A stretch of 63,458 nt of DNA, filler included, from Chiloscyllium plagiosum (Eukaryota), in assembly GCF_004010195.1 (NCBI RefSeq). It is 3 parts of one record of this genome, joined end to end, with 100 filler letters (N's around TTAATTAATTAA, not from the genome) between each part and the next. Parts side by side here need not be neighbours in the genome. Positions count along the whole stretch, not along the records: positions 47,672 to 63,458 come from NC_057712.1; 2 more parts are not named here. One strand, written 5' to 3'. Each line of letters begins with the position of its first letter. Within the stretch, counting starts at the first letter, position 1. Under the pieces are notes generated by a model, which saw nothing but the letters and a program-made list of their open reading frames with translations, was not told where the DNA came from and searched no databases. The position numbers and the translations under genes were made by a program. Shown piece by piece: positions 61,226-63,458 of this stretch.

Positions 61226-62288
61226 ATAAACCAAATCAAATCAAAGCAGATTTTCATGGCTTTCCTGATGTCAAATTTTTTCAAGAACTTGTAAGAGTGG
61301 TCAATATATGACAACCTTGAGATTCCTGCCGTAAACATGAGGAAAAAGCATGACACTATTGTTCACGTTTGTCGATTTGGCTTGGGTTAGTCATTTGACA
61401 TTGATTTCACTTTTGTTTGTGCCCTAGTAATGCTAGAAACAAGGAATACCTATGAATCCTAAACATCGATTATTGCTGCTATACGTTTAGTGGGGATAGG
61501 TGTGCAATTTATTTTTGCCCAAATTAACTTAACAGAAAATAGCCCATTGCTTTAACTTTTTCTGACAATTCATTGTGGCCCACTAACACTGCAACACCTC
61601 ATTTCTCACTTACCTCACCCAAGAGAGCTGTATCAGTAGTAAATAGTTTGTTCCCAGCCAAGACATTTAAATCTCTTTGAAGCAATGCCAGAATCAGGAC
61701 TCCAATCTAGGAGAGGGCAGTGTTCTACCAATCAACTAACCAATTGTGATCACTGGGAAATTTAAGACTAAGTACTCTAAAATCTCACTAACAACATTCG
61801 ATGGACACTTGGAAGCATATCAATACTGCATATGTAAAGTCAATATCTTTTATCCATGATCACAGTCATAGCCCTTTTGCTTATGAAGCTACCCCTCAAT
61901 GTCCATATAACACCACAAACAATACAGTGCTAGGATTCTTCAGGTAGGTTCCAGTGTTGTGAGTGACAGCAGGGAGCACATCCGTTTAGAAGACTATTTT
62001 CCAACTTCAGTTTGTTCTTTAATAAATCAACGCACATGCTTATATCAAAAAGATTCACCACAAATAGTGCCCAATCTGAAGGATTGACTGTGTTATCTTT
62101 GTACTGCCTCTTAATTAGAACAAGGACAACAGATAAAACTTCAACTCTAATTGTAGCTAAGCTTGAGAATGAATGAAGTTTTACAAAAGCTTGATTCAGT
62201 AGATGCACGAAGTGCAGTCAGGGATCGTCAATGACAATTCTCAAGACGAGCTTGATAGCATCATTTCTAACCAGGTTGATCAAGTCCT

Positions 62289-63046
62289 CATGGTAGGTTG
62301 GTCCAAACCATTAAAATATGTGGGATCTAGGGTGAGTTGGTAAGTTGGATGCAAAGTTGGCTTGGTCATAGAAGACAAAGTAATATTGTTGTGGGGTGTT
62401 TTACTGAATAAAAGTATATGGCCACTGGTGTTCTGCAAAAATCAGTGTTGGGACTTCTGTTACATTTAATATATAGCTGCCAAACTGGAACTGTGGTAAG
62501 TGGTGAAGGCACCAACAGAAAGGAGAAACACATTTCCTCAACAATCTGTCTGTCCATTATGCATCTGCTCATAGTTTTATTAGCAGGAATAACAACTGTA
62601 CAGTCAATTTGGAGGCAAAATCCCACCTTCACTTTATGTTTTATGCAACTACATTACTAAATGGGTTAGCTTTAGAACAGATGTAACAATACAAAGCTGA
62701 ATCAATGGGGCACGGTAGGCCATCAACAACAGAAAAATTGTATTCGACCACAATCTGTAACCTTGACTGAGAGTTTTGAGGAAGTGATGAGGATGACTGA
62801 TGAGGGTAGAGAAGTGGACGTTGACATGACGTTACTAAAGCATTTAACAAGATTTCTCATGGTAGGTTGGTCCAAACCATTAAAATATGTGGGATCTAGG
62901 GTGAGTTGGTAAGTTGGATGCAAAGTTGGCTTGGTCATAGAAAACAAAGTAATATTGTTGTGGGGTGTTATACTGAATAAAAGTATATGGCCACTGGTGT
63001 TCTGCAAAAATCAGTGTTGGGACTTCTGTTACATGTAATATATAGG
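62289..63046 (+). repeat. Local duplication of a ~190-bp old CR1 fragment (62289-62477 and 62858-63046)
   Basis: Near-identical atggtaggttggtccaaacc...ctgttacat.taatatatag blocks ~570 bp apart. Confidence 0.9.
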
Positions 63047-63458
63047 AGGAGAAAGTGAGGACTGCAGATGCTGGAGATCAGAGCTGAAAATGTGTTTCTG
63101 GAAAAGCGCAGCAGGTCAGGCAGCATCCAAGGAATAGGAGAATCGACGTTTCAGGTATAAGCCCTTTTTCAGGAATGAGGAAAGTGTACCCAGCAGGTTA
63201 AGATAAAAGATAGGGAGGAGGGACTTGGGGGAGGGGCGTTGGAAATGCGATAGGTGGAAGGAGATCAAGGTGAGGGTGATAGGCCGGAGTGGAGTGGGGG
63301 CGGAGAGGTCAGGAAGAAGATTGCAGGTTAGGAAGGCGGTGCTGAGTTCGAGGGATTTGACTGAGACAAGATGGGGGGAGGGGAAATGAGGAAACTGGAG
63401 AAATCTGAGTTCATCCCTTGTGGTTGGAGGGTTCCTAGGCGGAAGATGAGGCGCTCTT
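63047..63458 (-). mobile_element. Young Penelope-like element 3' end (runs off window end)
   Basis: pLTR gagaaagtgaggactgcagatgctgg...; the minus strand ends ..RLIFRLGTLQPQGMNSDF, the PLE ORF C-terminus. Confidence 0.85.

Overview
Vertebrate genomic DNA, almost certainly from a shark or other elasmobranch (HE1-type SINEs, CR1/HER1-type LINEs and abundant Penelope-like elements). The window is three assembly pieces joined by two artificial 100-bp linkers (44 N + TTAATTAATTAA + 44 N at 31442-31541 and 47572-47671). The left piece is AT-rich, repeat-dense intronic DNA containing one clear exon of SLC35F1 (minus strand, 9152-9279). The middle piece is GC-richer and holds a complete five-exon CCDC115 (VMA22, V-ATPase assembly factor) gene on the minus strand (221 aa, all GT-AG, phases consistent). 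It also holds the gene's CpG-island promoter. The right piece starts in a decayed Tx1/L1-type LINE and is otherwise repeats and non-coding DNA. Most ORFs in the supplied track are spurious or are transposon remnants. Two signals stand out. (1) About 15 co-oriented copies of a composite TALE-decamer-like motif (TGAYYGRCAG) followed exactly 9 bp later by CCAAT fill the ~1.4-kb CCDC115 promoter, partly on a ~61-bp period, and end at a candidate ATG-only first exon of a divergent gene. (2) Tiny TSD-flanked Penelope-derived insertions, several of them hairpins, carry hammerhead-ribozyme-like cores. All identifications are by eye and from recalled family features; no database search was run, and repeat boundaries are approximate.
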